Translations under genes and position numbers: made by a program
In this document: positions 8,549 through 19,335 of the stretch, one piece after another
Numbering within the stretch: position 1 is the first letter of the stretch
How the letters are laid out: the number at the start of each line of letters is the position of its first letter
Origin: Candidatus Thorarchaeota archaeon
Lineage (GTDB): Archaea > Asgardarchaeota > Thorarchaeia > Thorarchaeales > Thorarchaeaceae
NCBI GenBank assembly: GCA_018335335.1
Contig: JAGXKG010000001.1
Span: forward strand, 169,801 to 233,800
Length of the DNA: 64,000 bases
Direction: 5' to 3'
Notes under the pieces: model-generated
The model's database searches: none
Told to the model about the DNA's origin: nothing
What the model saw: the letters and a program-made list of their open reading frames with translations, nothing else

Positions 8549-11500
8549 TCATCCCAGGAAATCGGTTAGTGCAGTCTGTTCAGAAAAGAACAGTGAATCA
8601 ATAGCATTACCAATCAGACTAAGTCGCTGCTGAAGATATGGTCCAAGGTCGTGGTCTTCAATCATTTTCTGCGCGATGTCCAAGTATTTTGATATGTTCT
8701 TCTGCCGGACCGTCAAAGAAAGGTTATTCCCACATTCGCATTCTCCTGAAAGTGGGATACGTCGATAAACACGTCGACATTTTAGGCATTGGATTTTCTG
8801 TGTTGAGAAAGCACGGAGATTACCCATTATATCACGTATGAAATGATGAGATAATACTCTTTCAGCAACATCCTTGACATCCACAGCGTCAATGAGGTCC
8901 GCTAATTGAAGTTGAGCTTGAAGTTTCTCAACCATTGAACCAAGTGTCTTGTAGCGTGTGTTTCTTGGGCCTTCATCGATCGAAGACGTATCATGGGTAA
9001 ATGAGAAACCTTCGTATTGAGCTGAGGAGCCCAATCTTGAAGCGATAATGTCGACTAGCCCTTCAACGTTCTTTGGGTGCTTTCCTTGTGCAGCCATTTC
9101 GTAGAATGCGGCCGGATATCTACTGCAGATTTCGATGTTGTGGCTTTCATCGTCAACCTCACTTGGATCCAGAATCACCGAGAGAACAAGCGGAGCATCC
9201 ATGAACCCACCTCGGCCTGCAGGTAGATATGATTTGGAGAAATTCAGAAGTGCATCTAATACGAGAATCAGTGCGTCTTCATCACCATCACAGTTCCGTC
9301 TCTTAGCCGCATGCCAGTAGGGATGTGCATAACATAGGCTAGCATCGGTGAAGCCAATAATCCGTCCAATGATACCAGAGGAGGTGTGGGGGGCAAGTCC
9401 AATTACGAGTCGCCCAACCAAATCGTCTGTGTTCCTGAACTGATAATAGGGATCTAAATTGTATATTCTTTCCAAACAGTCATCTACAAAAGATCCCACT
9501 CGTAGAAGATACTCCGCGCAGTTTCTTGGAACAACCAAATCCTGTACTTTTAGTTCTACAATCTGGTTATTGGAAGTCAAGGCATTCCCCTGATAATCGC
9601 TAGTATAACCTAATTCACGAAGGCGTTTTATGGAAACTCCAATTTCGGATGGGCGAAAATGAGTAAGGGGAGCATCCGTGGCATCAAAACGTGCTGTGCC
9701 ATCCCGATAACAATAGACCTCGTGCTTGGCCCGCAGGATGCCTTTCCCAAGATATTCTGGGATTTTCAGCTCGCTAGTCAAACCCAGGACACCTCGAACA
9801 CCATAGGCTTGGGGCTCTGCAATCTCTGATTTTACACGTTCCAGCAAGCGTTCAAGGTTAACTCGATATTTTCTTGTAGATTTGACCGAGTTGAAATTAT
9901 GACGAAGAGTGCACTGAGGAGCTTTTCGATCGTCCTCTGCCTTGACTAGACGACCGCAGTCTTCTTCTGAACACCACTCAACTAATTCGGTATGAGAACC
10001 GCAATCGGGACAACGAGATTCGAAAATCGTTACCTTGTATGAATCTGCCGGTCGTGATTCAAAAGTCGACGCATTACAAGAAGTACAGATTCTTGTAACC
10101 ATCTCAAGAGGAATACCGGAATTTTTCATGTCATCATTTGTATTCCGTGTGCCCTCAAACGAATCCAAAGTTTGAATGGTCGTTGAGGATTCAGCGACTT
10201 TCTGAATTTCACGTTCGGTTGAAAGGGATCGACCCACTGGAAAAAGAGCATGTACCGGTGGACGCATTTTCCGCTCTTCAGCCTTCTCTGGCCGTCCCAT
10301 TCGTGCCCCAATGGAGAAACCTATCTTGTCGCGAATAGATATGTCTGAAACTGAATTAACCATCTCCAGGGCATCGCTGCCTTTACACTCATCGGTTCTA
10401 TCACCAAACTGAGAAAGGATCGTTTCAGGTGTATCTGATAGCTGGATTATCGAACCTTCAGAGGAAAGGTAGTGAGGGGTTCCCGCCTTACAAAGGTTCT
10501 CTTTCTGGGTGGAGTTATAGGGTAAAACAATCCTTTTAGTCCCACCGTCTTCTCTGATTTCATAGTTTTTCAGAAGCCATTCACGAAGGGTCTCAAACTC
10601 GTCTACCGACAATGCTAACCAGCGATAAGTATAGCGTGGATGCAAGGGAATTCCAAGGACCTTCGCAAGAACCAATGATTCACTAGCTGTAGGAGACTCA
10701 GATAGAGGATATTCGATGAAAGCATTCACACGGTCCAGGCTAATGTCAGATTCAGCAAGCTTCGATTCTAATCTTTGGACACTTAGCTGGGAACAAGCTT
10801 CTTCTAAATCATGAGACCACCATTCTTCGCAATATCCAGGAGGGATAAGTGGATGATTGTTTTCGAGAAATTCTCCCAATGCAATCATAATGTCCCCCAG
10901 ATAGAGAATGCGTTTAGTGTTATTCTGGAGTTCACGTGCCTCAGTTGCATTATCAATTTGTTTAACAGTACCATTATTGAGAAGAACCATAGGCCCTTCT
11001 ATTGAATCAACAGGTGTAACAATGGAGCCTTTTCCAGGTCGCTCAGTTCGAATATGAGTGCCAGGTGCCAGAAAGGAGTCAACGAGATACATAGTGGCTG
11101 GATGGGCACCTACACCCGCAAGGCCTGTATTTCTAGAACGGCCATATCGCAAGCGAAAACCAGCCTTTCTTGAGGGGTGGGAGAATACTGGACGACCACC
11201 AATCACGTCAGCCAAGTAGTCAGATTTCGGAGATAGTGTTTCGCTAGTCTCTTCATCTTTTCCCTCAGTCTCTTTCCTTGTTTTTCCAGCAAGCTCATTT
11301 AGCCAGCCCCAACCCTCTATCTCCATGCTATTAACTATCTTTGCCAGCTTAGAAGCCCTTCCAACCACACCATCGTTCAGTACTAGAACCGAACCACCTC
11401 TTACGCGATTTGTCTCTATTCGTTTAAGGTCTCTAGTACCGGACACCTCAAATGATTCCGTTGGTTCACCGGTCAGCATAATAGGCAGTTTAGAGGCGGC

Positions 11501-12142
11501 AAAACGAACCAAATCCGAGTGAACAGGATACTGCAGATGAACCGACTTTGAATACAGCTCCACCTCTTCGACAGCACGTTCGATTTCCCCCTCAGATGCA
11601 CGAAAGGGAGGGAGGGCTAGTTTTTGACGAACATAATCCGCAACCAAGACTGTCATAGCAGCTTCGGTTCCACCAGCGGCCCGAATCGGGCCAGCCAGAT
11701 ACAATGCCAGATACCTTTCAGGATCTGATCCCCCAATCCTCACTTTGGCAATACCCTCTAATGGTGCAGCAGTAATACTCTCCGTTAGAATGGCTAGACC
11801 AACCCGAACAGCTTTATCCGCTGCTTTCTCAGGATCTCTAATATCACCCAAATCTCCAGTGGCAATTTCACCTGCAACGGTAAAGGCTACTTCTTCCCGA
11901 GACATTCGTTCTTGGAGCTCACGAATACGATGTTCAACTCCTTTTGGGCCGCCAAGTGTAGCTTCCACTCGAGCTGCTACATCATGTGCAGGAGGTATTT
12001 CCACAAATGGTTTGGGATCGTAACCGAGTTCCCGAGCTTTATCAGCAATATCGTAGACTTTTTGGACGCGTTCCTTTAGTGATTCAAAATAGTTGTCATA
12101 GTAGATTGTATGTTCAGGAAGTTCAGGTTCAGTTTCGTCCAT
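8549..12142 (-). CDS. polD2: DNA polymerase II (PolD) large catalytic subunit DP2
   Basis: A 1197-aa protein with the highly conserved DP2 core (GRPVFSHPSRKAGFRLRYGRSRNTGLAGVGAHPATMYLVDSFLAPGTHIRTERPGKGS) and C-terminal Cys clusters (CLKCRRV..CECG, CPDCGSH). No intein-sized insertion. Confidence 0.85.
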   Translation of the reverse strand: MDETEPELPEHTIYYDNYFESLKERVQKVYDIADKARELGYDPKPFVEIPPAHDVAARVEATLGGPKGVEHRIRELQERMSREEVAFTVAGEIATGDLGDIRDPEKAADKAVRVGLAILTESITAAPLEGIAKVRIGGSDPERYLALYLAGPIRAAGGTEAAMTVLVADYVRQKLALPPFRASEGEIERAVEEVELYSKSVHLQYPVHSDLVRFAASKLPIMLTGEPTESFEVSGTRDLKRIETNRVRGGSVLVLNDGVVGRASKLAKIVNSMEIEGWGWLNELAGKTRKETEGKDEETSETLSPKSDYLADVIGGRPVFSHPSRKAGFRLRYGRSRNTGLAGVGAHPATMYLVDSFLAPGTHIRTERPGKGSIVTPVDSIEGPMVLLNNGTVKQIDNATEARELQNNTKRILYLGDIMIALGEFLENNHPLIPPGYCEEWWSHDLEEACSQLSVQRLESKLAESDISLDRVNAFIEYPLSESPTASESLVLAKVLGIPLHPRYTYRWLALSVDEFETLREWLLKNYEIREDGGTKRIVLPYNSTQKENLCKAGTPHYLSSEGSIIQLSDTPETILSQFGDRTDECKGSDALEMVNSVSDISIRDKIGFSIGARMGRPEKAEERKMRPPVHALFPVGRSLSTEREIQKVAESSTTIQTLDSFEGTRNTNDDMKNSGIPLEMVTRICTSCNASTFESRPADSYKVTIFESRCPDCGSHTELVEWCSEEDCGRLVKAEDDRKAPQCTLRHNFNSVKSTRKYRVNLERLLERVKSEIAEPQAYGVRGVLGLTSELKIPEYLGKGILRAKHEVYCYRDGTARFDATDAPLTHFRPSEIGVSIKRLRELGYTSDYQGNALTSNNQIVELKVQDLVVPRNCAEYLLRVGSFVDDCLERIYNLDPYYQFRNTDDLVGRLVIGLAPHTSSGIIGRIIGFTDASLCYAHPYWHAAKRRNCDGDEDALILVLDALLNFSKSYLPAGRGGFMDAPLVLSVILDPSEVDDESHNIEICSRYPAAFYEMAAQGKHPKNVEGLVDIIASRLGSSAQYEGFSFTHDTSSIDEGPRNTRYKTLGSMVEKLQAQLQLADLIDAVDVKDVAERVLSHHFIRDIMGNLRAFSTQKIQCLKCRRVYRRIPLSGECECGNNLSLTVRQKNISKYLDIAQKMIEDHDLGPYLQQRLSLIGNAIDSLFFSEQTALTDFLG

Positions 12143-12423
12143 CTGCTATCACATACCTCCGCTAGATTGCTCTAGTACTCTCTTCCTCGAGGGGGGTTTT
12201 AATTTCATGTATCAGGGGAAAGCCGGTCTTTCTAGGCAGAAGTAGTGTATTTTGGCTTTTTCTGTTTTTGCTGTTAGAAAATCTTGCTAAGTTTCAAAGC
12301 TATGGGTATAGCATCGAAGGACATCAGATTACTCTGCATCGGCGAGCATATCACTTTATAGCCTATCCCCACGAATGATGATTAGGGAATCGCCCAAAAT
12401 CATAATACGGTTAGTGGTAAGAA

Positions 12424-14190
12424 TTGCATTCACTTGAAGAGATAATCGAACTGATACTGAAACACCTTCCAGAATATGAACGAAAAGACATACTTGAGTT
12501 GATTGAAGAAAAGAGACAGGAATTAGGCGCCGAAATAGTAAACGAAGAATCTGCAGCTATGATTGTAGCAAGAGACCTCGGCATTGACCTCCGCCAAGTA
12601 TCCCCAAAGACTCGATTGAAGATTGAGGATATAGCAGATGGAAATAGAAATGTAAACTTGACAGCGAAGGTTGTGAGTGTGGGAACAGTCAGAACTTTTG
12701 ATCGGAATGATGGTACCCAAGGAAGGGTAACAAGTATCACGGTAGGAGATGATACAGGAAGATTGAGAGTTGTTCTATGGGATGAACAGACGAAGATTGT
12801 CTCGGAGAAAAAAATCAATGTAAATGACGTGGTTCAGATTAGGGGGGGATATGTCAAGAAAGGGTTGGGAGATTCATTAGAATTGAATATCGGGCGAATG
12901 GGAAGAATAGTACCACTTGATGAGTACGAAATGGAAGAGCTCGATTTAGAAGTGCCGGACGCAAAGCAAATCAAGATAGAGGACTTGAAAGAGGGCGTCT
13001 ATGATGTTACACTAACTGTACAAGTCATACGAGTCTTCAGATTTACAACCTTTACTAGAAAATCGGATGGAGAAGAAGGCAAGGTAATAAGCCTGAGAGG
13101 AGCAGATGAAACGGGGAGCATCAGACTAGTGTTCTGGGACGATAATGCTGAGAAAATGAAGGATGTATCCGAAGGAGAGATAATTCGAGTAACAGGTGGC
13201 TACACACGAGAAGGGCGAAATGGTGAAATCGAGTTACACGCAGGAAGAACTTCGACAATTGAGAAAGGATTAGACAAGGAAATCGAAGTATCTGAAGAGC
13301 TCGGAGAGACCAGAGAGAGTTTAGGCAAGAAACCGATTTCCGAATTAGAATTGGGCATGTGGGATGTTGACATAGAAGCGAAAGTAGTGAATGTATTCCC
13401 ACCAAAATCCTTTGAGAAGAAGAATGGCACGGAGGGTAAAGTCCAGAATTTCGTTGTCGCTGATGAGTCAGGTAGCATCCGTATAACAATCTGGGATGAC
13501 CGTGTAAATCAGCTAGAAGAACTGAAGGAAGGAGATATCATTCGGGTGGAACACGGCTACGTTAAGGAGGGGTTCCGAGATGATGTTGAATTTCATCTGG
13601 GTCAAAGAGCAAAAATAGAACGGAACCCTGGAGATTCCAATCTCGACCAGCTCGACACTTCCACCATAGCGACTACCAGACCGGTTCGTCAGGGTAGAGT
13701 AATGATTGATGATATCGACGAGGACGACGAACGGAAGTATGTTGAGATATGTGGAATAATAGTCTCGATCGTGCAAACAAGTCCCATCTATTTGGCATGT
13801 CCTGAGTGTAGCAAGAAAGTACAGGAACAAGACGGAAACTACAGTTGCAGGGTATGTGGACTGGTAGAAGAACCCGAACCTAGAATGCTCTTTCGGGTCA
13901 CCATTGATGATGGTTCTGGATCAATCAGAACAACCCTATTCGGTCAAACCGCAGAGAAGTTGCTTGGTCTGACTGCTGCAGAAGCAAACAAGATGATTTC
14001 CGAAACAGGGAATCAAACAGAGCCATTGGAGAAATATTCAGACACAATCCTTGGGAACTACGTTGTGGTACAGGGAAGGGTCAAGAAGTACAGAGATTCC
14101 ATCAATTTGTCAGCCTCTAACCTGAATTTCGCAGATCCAGTAGACGAGATTAAGCGGCTTAAGGAAAGCATCTCAGGCCTCTTGAGCTAG
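12424..14190 (+). CDS. rpa: Replication protein A (RPA) with four OB folds and a C4 zinc ribbon
   Basis: N-terminal helical domain followed by four repeats of the OB pattern (..GNRNVNLTAKVVSVG.., ..GVYDVTLTVQVIRV.., ..DVDIEAKVVNVF.., ..YVEICGIIVSIV..). Zinc ribbon CPECSKK...CRVCG. Confidence 0.8.
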   Translation: MHSLEEIIELILKHLPEYERKDILELIEEKRQELGAEIVNEESAAMIVARDLGIDLRQVSPKTRLKIEDIADGNRNVNLTAKVVSVGTVRTFDRNDGTQGRVTSITVGDDTGRLRVVLWDEQTKIVSEKKINVNDVVQIRGGYVKKGLGDSLELNIGRMGRIVPLDEYEMEELDLEVPDAKQIKIEDLKEGVYDVTLTVQVIRVFRFTTFTRKSDGEEGKVISLRGADETGSIRLVFWDDNAEKMKDVSEGEIIRVTGGYTREGRNGEIELHAGRTSTIEKGLDKEIEVSEELGETRESLGKKPISELELGMWDVDIEAKVVNVFPPKSFEKKNGTEGKVQNFVVADESGSIRITIWDDRVNQLEELKEGDIIRVEHGYVKEGFRDDVEFHLGQRAKIERNPGDSNLDQLDTSTIATTRPVRQGRVMIDDIDEDDERKYVEICGIIVSIVQTSPIYLACPECSKKVQEQDGNYSCRVCGLVEEPEPRMLFRVTIDDGSGSIRTTLFGQTAEKLLGLTAAEANKMISETGNQTEPLEKYSDTILGNYVVVQGRVKKYRDSINLSASNLNFADPVDEIKRLKESISGLLS

Positions 14191-15434
14191 GAGGTAATCT
14201 CAATGAAATCAGTAATACCATTCAATAGAGTGTTGACATCTTCTTGGTTGTTGTAAAGATAGACACTAGCCCTGTTGGTACCCTTCTCTGGCGGAATTCC
14301 AATTTGATAATGGAAAGGATTTGCACAGTGAGCGCCCGACCGAATGAATACATTTCGCTCCGAGCTAAGGTATGTTGCCACATCATGAGCAGAGCCAACA
14401 GTATTTATGCTGAAAGTAACGAGCCCGGTTCTTTTATCTACGGATTTTGGACCAACAATGCGCACATTTTCGACAGAGCTGAGTTCGGATAGAAGAATAT
14501 CGAGAAGTGCTCTCTCATGTTTCTCAATTCGGTCCATTCCTATTGAATCCAGGTAATTCGCTGCAGCTGCTGCACCAATAGCTCCAGCATAGTTCTGTAA
14601 ACCAGCTTCAAATTTCTCGGGAGGGGGTAAATATTCGGGTTTGATTTTACCATTTTCGAAACGTACGTCGTGTACCGTATCTCCGCCATGAAGAAACATG
14701 TTTATCTCTTCTAGGAGTTCATATTTGCCGTATAGTACGCCCATTCCCGTGGGACCACACATTTTGTGAACAGAAATTGCTGAGAAATCAACACCGTTCT
14801 TCCCAACATCAAGTGGATGATGTGGAGCATACTGGGCATCATCAGAAAGTACAAGTGCACCATAGTCGTGAGCAATTTCAACGATTTCTTTAATGGGTGC
14901 TATTGTCCCAGTGACATTTGATGAGTGCACGATGGATACTATTTTGGTTCTCGAGTCGATAGCACGCTTCCAATCCTCAATATCGAAGATACCTTCGTTA
15001 TTAGGTTTGATAACCTCCACTTCGAGATTATCTCTTTTTCCTCGTTCAACAAAGGGAAGGGAACCACTATGGTGCTCCAAACTAGTAGTTACAATTTTAG
15101 AATCGTGTGGAATGGGAAGAGAGCGAGCCACCATATTTATGGATTCTGTAGCGTTTCTAGTCCAGATACATTCCTCGGGGCGCGATGCGCCTATGAAACT
15201 AGCAAAGTCTGCTCTAGCTTGAGAAAAAGCATTGGACACTTCCTCAGCAAGTTTGTGAACGCTGCGTCCCCCACAAGCAGGAAACCGTTCATAGTATTCG
15301 TTCATAGTATCTATGACGGGTTCGGGTTTCAAAGCCATACAGGCGCTATCTAGGTAAACAATTTCACGGCCGTCAATTTTCCGAGTCAGAACCGGAAATT
15401 CATTCCTAATTTCATTCCATGTCTTGTTGGTCAT
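14187..15434 (-). CDS. sufS: Cysteine desulfurase, class V aminotransferase (SufS/CsdA-like)
   Basis: PLP-lysine motif SVHKMCGPTGMGVLYG, HSSNVTG and a class-V aminotransferase fold (415 aa). The N-terminus (IVYLDSACMALKP) is typical of SufS. Confidence 0.8.
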   Translation of the reverse strand: MTNKTWNEIRNEFPVLTRKIDGREIVYLDSACMALKPEPVIDTMNEYYERFPACGGRSVHKLAEEVSNAFSQARADFASFIGASRPEECIWTRNATESINMVARSLPIPHDSKIVTTSLEHHSGSLPFVERGKRDNLEVEVIKPNNEGIFDIEDWKRAIDSRTKIVSIVHSSNVTGTIAPIKEIVEIAHDYGALVLSDDAQYAPHHPLDVGKNGVDFSAISVHKMCGPTGMGVLYGKYELLEEINMFLHGGDTVHDVRFENGKIKPEYLPPPEKFEAGLQNYAGAIGAAAAANYLDSIGMDRIEKHERALLDILLSELSSVENVRIVGPKSVDKRTGLVTFSINTVGSAHDVATYLSSERNVFIRSGAHCANPFHYQIGIPPEKGTNRASVYLYNNQEDVNTLLNGITDFIEITS

Positions 15435-15439
15435 TCAAA

Positions 15440-15676
15440 TCATTCAACCTTCACATCCCAGCGGTAACCATCTTTTCCGAGATTTCGTATGATAGAACCA
15501 CTATGAAGAAGGCTCTTGGCAGCGGTCAGAATTGCGTCTCCACCTGCACAACCAGAGCAAAGATGGGAGTGCTCACTAGAACGAGATGTCTTGATAAGTT
15601 CCGCAGTACTTAACGGTCCTTCGAGCTCTAGTATTTCGAGCACACATTGTTCATTTGACGATAAATCATTCATCAA
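15440..15676 (-). CDS. Small winged-helix protein with a CxxC motif, co-oriented 5 bp upstream of sufS
   Basis: LEILELEGPLSTAELIKT looks like wHTH, followed by HLCSGCAGG. It is 78 aa and appears operonic with the cysteine desulfurase. Confidence 0.4.
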   Translation of the reverse strand: MMNDLSSNEQCVLEILELEGPLSTAELIKTSRSSEHSHLCSGCAGGDAILTAAKSLLHSGSIIRNLGKDGYRWDVKVE

Positions 15677-15839
15677 ACAAAAGCAGCAGGGAGTCCGATA
15701 TTAAAGCTTTCATCGGGGAGAGCTTTGGAAATAAAAAACCTTTAACAAAATCCTTAAATTCTCAACTTTGTGGTTCATCATGCTCGGTTTCTCTCAGAGC
15801 CTATCTTGTCCAGTTCTAAGAGAATTAGGGGTGAATAGT

Positions 15840-16061
15840 ATGGGTAGAAGATCCAGTAGCCGATCAAGAAGAAGAATTCCTACGGTTTATCCGTGTCCAG
15901 CCTGCGGAAAGACTGCCATCAAGATTGATGTGTTCAAAGATGAGCATATAGCAAGTGTCAAGTGTGGCTCCTGCGGTTTGGAAATGAAAATCGACGAAGT
16001 AAACCCGCTGACCGAGGCGGTAGACATCTATGGTGAATTCATCGACCAATACTATGAATGA
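15840..16061 (+). CDS. elf1: Transcription elongation factor Elf1-like zinc-ribbon protein
   Basis: From the internal Met the protein is 73 aa. Basic N-terminal tail (MGRRSSSRSRRR), C4 ribbon CPACGK..CGSCG and a C-terminal DIYGEFIDQY block matching the eukaryotic Elf1 consensus (..VDVYSDWFDA..). The longer ORF start at 15768 adds only a hydrophobic junk leader. Confidence 0.5.
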   Translation: MGRRSSSRSRRRIPTVYPCPACGKTAIKIDVFKDEHIASVKCGSCGLEMKIDEVNPLTEAVDIYGEFIDQYYE

Positions 16062-16143
16062 ATCTCCTTAGTGGATCTCATGCCATTTTAATAGATGACT
16101 ATAGAGAACGATTATAAGTAGAAGTCAAGGAAGCAAGTTGAGT

Positions 16144-16248
16144 ATGATGCAAACTGAGATTGTAGGAATTGTCATAAACGCCATGGCCATAGCTGCATTA
16201 CTGATTATTCTAGCTTATTCAGTATATGGTGAGGAGCAAGAAGAGTAG
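16144..16248 (+). CDS. Possible 34-aa single-TM micropeptide
   Basis: ATG..TAG open frame reading MMQTEIVGIVINAMAIAALLIILAYSVYGEEQEE. A hydrophobic helix followed by an acidic tail, in the spacer between elf1 and the helicase operon. Below the ORF-track cutoff. Confidence 0.2.
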   Translation: MMQTEIVGIVINAMAIAALLIILAYSVYGEEQEE

Positions 16249-16267
16249 GCTCTGAGAGAGTCTGATT

Positions 16268-16501
16268 TTGACCCATAAAGAGATGCTCCAAGAATCTTTT
16301 GAGCTGGCCGGATCATATATCTCGCATTTGAGCGAGATTAGAGAATTGGTGGGGAAAGCGATTCGAGAAACGAAATCGTTTTCTGAGGCTGTAAAGTTCC
16401 TCATAGCTAAGGAAGAAACAGCTGATGTCACATTTTCAACTGATATACGCATTCTAATAAACAAATTGCGAGATTTGGAATCTCGGAAGCCGTCTCCATG
16501 A
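16268..16501 (+). CDS. Small alpha-helical hypothetical protein, stop overlaps the start of the downstream helicase
   Basis: A 77-aa ORF whose TGA overlaps the ATG of the Lhr-like helicase (ATGA at 16498). No motif recognised. Confidence 0.3.
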   Translation: MTHKEMLQESFELAGSYISHLSEIRELVGKAIRETKSFSEAVKFLIAKEETADVTFSTDIRILINKLRDLESRKPSP

Positions 16502-19329
16502 ACACCTTCGACTCTCTATCAGGAGAGCTCACTCGGCTGCTACAGAACCAGGGAATAAGGGAACCAACACCAATTCAACGTGAGGGTATACCGACTATTC
16601 TCCATGGAAAGAACGCGCTCTTATTATCACCAACAGGTAGCGGAAAGACAGAAGCCGCACTCGTACCTTTGTTGAATATTCTCTACACAAAAAGCTTGGA
16701 GCAGGATTTGTTCGGTTTCTATGTTCTATACGTTACCCCTCTTCGAGCATTAAATAGGGATGTATTCCACCGAATTCAAGCTCTCTGCGAGGGTCTCGGA
16801 ATTACTGTCGATGTGAGGCATGGTGATACCACGCAATACCAAAGAAGAAAACAAGCAATCAAACCACCTAATCTGCTAATAACGACTCCAGAGACACTAC
16901 AGGCAATCCTTCCTGGAAAACGGCTTAGGTATCATTTAAGAACAGTTTTCGCGGTCGTCATTGATGAAGTTCATGAGCTCGCAGATACAAAACGAGGAGT
17001 TCAACTGAGCTTGGGGCTTGAAAGGTTAGATTCTCTCACTGAATCAGACGTACAGCGCATCGGGTTATCAGCCACAGTAGGAAACCCTGAAGAGGTCGCT
17101 GATTTGCTCCAGACCCGTGATGGAAAAGCGGAGATAATCTGGGCGGGGTATAGCGCCAGAAAAATGAATTTGAAGGTTGAAATGCCGACCCCCACATCTG
17201 AGGATCGTAAACTTGGAAGAAGAATATATTACCCACCCCATTCGATGGCACGTCTTCGGCGAATAATAGACCTCATCGATAGCCATAATTCGACACTCGT
17301 TTTCACCAATACGAGGTCATTCACAGAAGTTCTAGGTTCCAAAATGAGGATGCTTGAACCGGGTTTTGAATTTGATGTCCATCACGGATCTCTAGCAAAG
17401 GTGGCAAGAGTAGAAGCAGAACAGAAACTGAAGGATGGAATCTCTAAGGGTATCATAGCAACATCTAGTTTGGAGCTTGGAATTGATATAGGAGATGCGG
17501 ATCTAGTGGTACAATACTCTAGCCCGCGGCAGGTATCCAGAGGTTTGCAGAGGATAGGGAGATCAGGACACACCCTGAAGGGTATGGCAAAGGGAATAAT
17601 CATTGCTACTGTGAATATCGATGATGTATTGGAAGCAGGAGTGATACTCAGACGCGCTAGACTCAACAGAGTAGAAGAAGCACAGGTTCCAACCCACGCT
17701 TGGGATGTATTGTGCCACCAGATATGTGGGATATTGCTTGACAGAGAAGAGATTTCCGTAGAGAAGCTATTGAGAATCATCAGGCGTTCCTATGCATTTG
17801 AGGGCATAGATAAGAGGCAACTAGTAGAATTACTCCAGTTCATGGAAGCAAGAAGGTACATTCGCCTTCGTGGCGATACCGTATCTCGTGGCTGGAAAGT
17901 ACTTACTTTCTACTATACGCATCTCTCGACAATACCAGATGTTCAACAGTCTGTAGTTATCGATGCTGCAACAAGAGCGCCTGTGGGAGTATTGGATGAG
18001 GACTATGTCAGCAGCCTTGAGCCGGGTCATGTTTTTGTGATTCGTGGTAAGCCATGGGAAATAATTGCCGTCGAAGATGAGGAAATCATCTGTGCACCAG
18101 CGGGAGGACGCCAATCAGAAGCTCCACGCTGGATTGGCGAAAACATTCCCGTACCATATAACGTAGCATCCGAAGTATCCCAAGTGATGAATGACATAAT
18201 TCGGAGGGGCGAGAAGAAATCCAGCAACTGGCTTAAATCTTCGTATGGTCTCGAGAAAAATGCAGTGAAATGCATCGTAGAGAAAATACAGCAAGCAGAA
18301 GATGAGCTTGGTGCACTCCCCAAGCCTAAGCAACTCATTGTCGAAACGTTTCTAGGGGGGCTTGTTCTTCACGCTCCATTCGGTACCAAAACGAATGACA
18401 CTCTTTCGATAATTCTCTCTGCACTGGTCGGGACAAGAGTGGGGGGTGATATAGCGGCCGAGAGTGATCCGTACAGGGTGCTGCTAACCTCTGACGAAAT
18501 TCTCGATGGTCAGTTAATCAACGATTCATTCCAAGAATACACACCAGAGCAAGTGTCAACTATTTTGAGAATGGCACTTAAGAAGACACGAACACTTGAA
18601 TCTAGATTCATTCATGTTGCTAGAAGAATGGGGGTCATTCAGCGCGATGCTCAAATTACCACACTCCCAGTAAATCGCCTCATGGAGAGCTTCGAAAATT
18701 CACCAGTATTCGCTGCTGCGGTAGCAGAAGTTCTAGAAGATAAACTAGACGAAGAAAAAGTTGCCAGCATCTTCCAGCAGGTTCAGCAGGGGGAGATTGA
18801 GATTCTATGTGTGGATAGAGAACAGCCGTCTTGCCTTGCTAATCTTATTGTCGAGACTCGTACTCGGTTTGAGGTTATTGGCGAGGTTACAGAAGAGCGA
18901 GAGATCTTGAACGTGATGCAGGGACGTCTAGAATCCCAAAGGGTGAAGCTGGTCTGTACTAATTGTACGTGGCATACAGTAAGAACTATCTCCACACTAG
19001 AATCAGTCATAGAATGCCCTGCTTGTAATTCAAAGATGATTGCAACTGAAAGACCGAGATCTACTACACTAGAAAAGACCTTGGAAAAGGCACACCGTGA
19101 CCAAGACCTGACAGACAAGGACAAGAAGATTCTAGAAAAAGCGAATCTCACATCCAGTCTCGTTGCCAACTATGGAAAGAAAGCTCTACTCACGCTCGCA
19201 GGCAGGGGAATTGGTCCAACTACTGCAGCCAGGATATTAGGACCCAACATAAAAGACAGAATATCCTTACTAAGAGAGATAGCCAAAGCTGAAAGGCAAT
19301 ACGCAAGAACTCGTAAATTTTGGGATTGA
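16498..19329 (+). CDS. lhr: Lhr-type SF2 helicase (DEAD/DEAH box helicase with C-terminal Zn-ribbon domain)
   Basis: Motif I (LLSPTGSGKTEAA), motif II (VIDEVHEL) and motif VI (QRIGRSGH). A long C-terminal extension (about 500 aa) ends in CTNCTWH..CPACNSK. Confidence 0.7.
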   Translation: MNTFDSLSGELTRLLQNQGIREPTPIQREGIPTILHGKNALLLSPTGSGKTEAALVPLLNILYTKSLEQDLFGFYVLYVTPLRALNRDVFHRIQALCEGLGITVDVRHGDTTQYQRRKQAIKPPNLLITTPETLQAILPGKRLRYHLRTVFAVVIDEVHELADTKRGVQLSLGLERLDSLTESDVQRIGLSATVGNPEEVADLLQTRDGKAEIIWAGYSARKMNLKVEMPTPTSEDRKLGRRIYYPPHSMARLRRIIDLIDSHNSTLVFTNTRSFTEVLGSKMRMLEPGFEFDVHHGSLAKVARVEAEQKLKDGISKGIIATSSLELGIDIGDADLVVQYSSPRQVSRGLQRIGRSGHTLKGMAKGIIIATVNIDDVLEAGVILRRARLNRVEEAQVPTHAWDVLCHQICGILLDREEISVEKLLRIIRRSYAFEGIDKRQLVELLQFMEARRYIRLRGDTVSRGWKVLTFYYTHLSTIPDVQQSVVIDAATRAPVGVLDEDYVSSLEPGHVFVIRGKPWEIIAVEDEEIICAPAGGRQSEAPRWIGENIPVPYNVASEVSQVMNDIIRRGEKKSSNWLKSSYGLEKNAVKCIVEKIQQAEDELGALPKPKQLIVETFLGGLVLHAPFGTKTNDTLSIILSALVGTRVGGDIAAESDPYRVLLTSDEILDGQLINDSFQEYTPEQVSTILRMALKKTRTLESRFIHVARRMGVIQRDAQITTLPVNRLMESFENSPVFAAAVAEVLEDKLDEEKVASIFQQVQQGEIEILCVDREQPSCLANLIVETRTRFEVIGEVTEEREILNVMQGRLESQRVKLVCTNCTWHTVRTISTLESVIECPACNSKMIATERPRSTTLEKTLEKAHRDQDLTDKDKKILEKANLTSSLVANYGKKALLTLAGRGIGPTTAARILGPNIKDRISLLREIAKAERQYARTRKFWD

Positions 19330-19335
19330 TTTGAT

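Noticed and set aside
12143-12423. Divergent DP2/RPA intergenic region as a possible replication origin
   Set aside because: No ORB-like repeats, no AT-rich unwinding element and no cdc6/orc1 nearby. It is most simply a bidirectional promoter region.
15768-15839. Long N-terminal extension of the Elf1-like ORF
   Set aside because: The extension is hydrophobic and non-conserved. The internal Met gives a protein of canonical Elf1 size with a basic tail.
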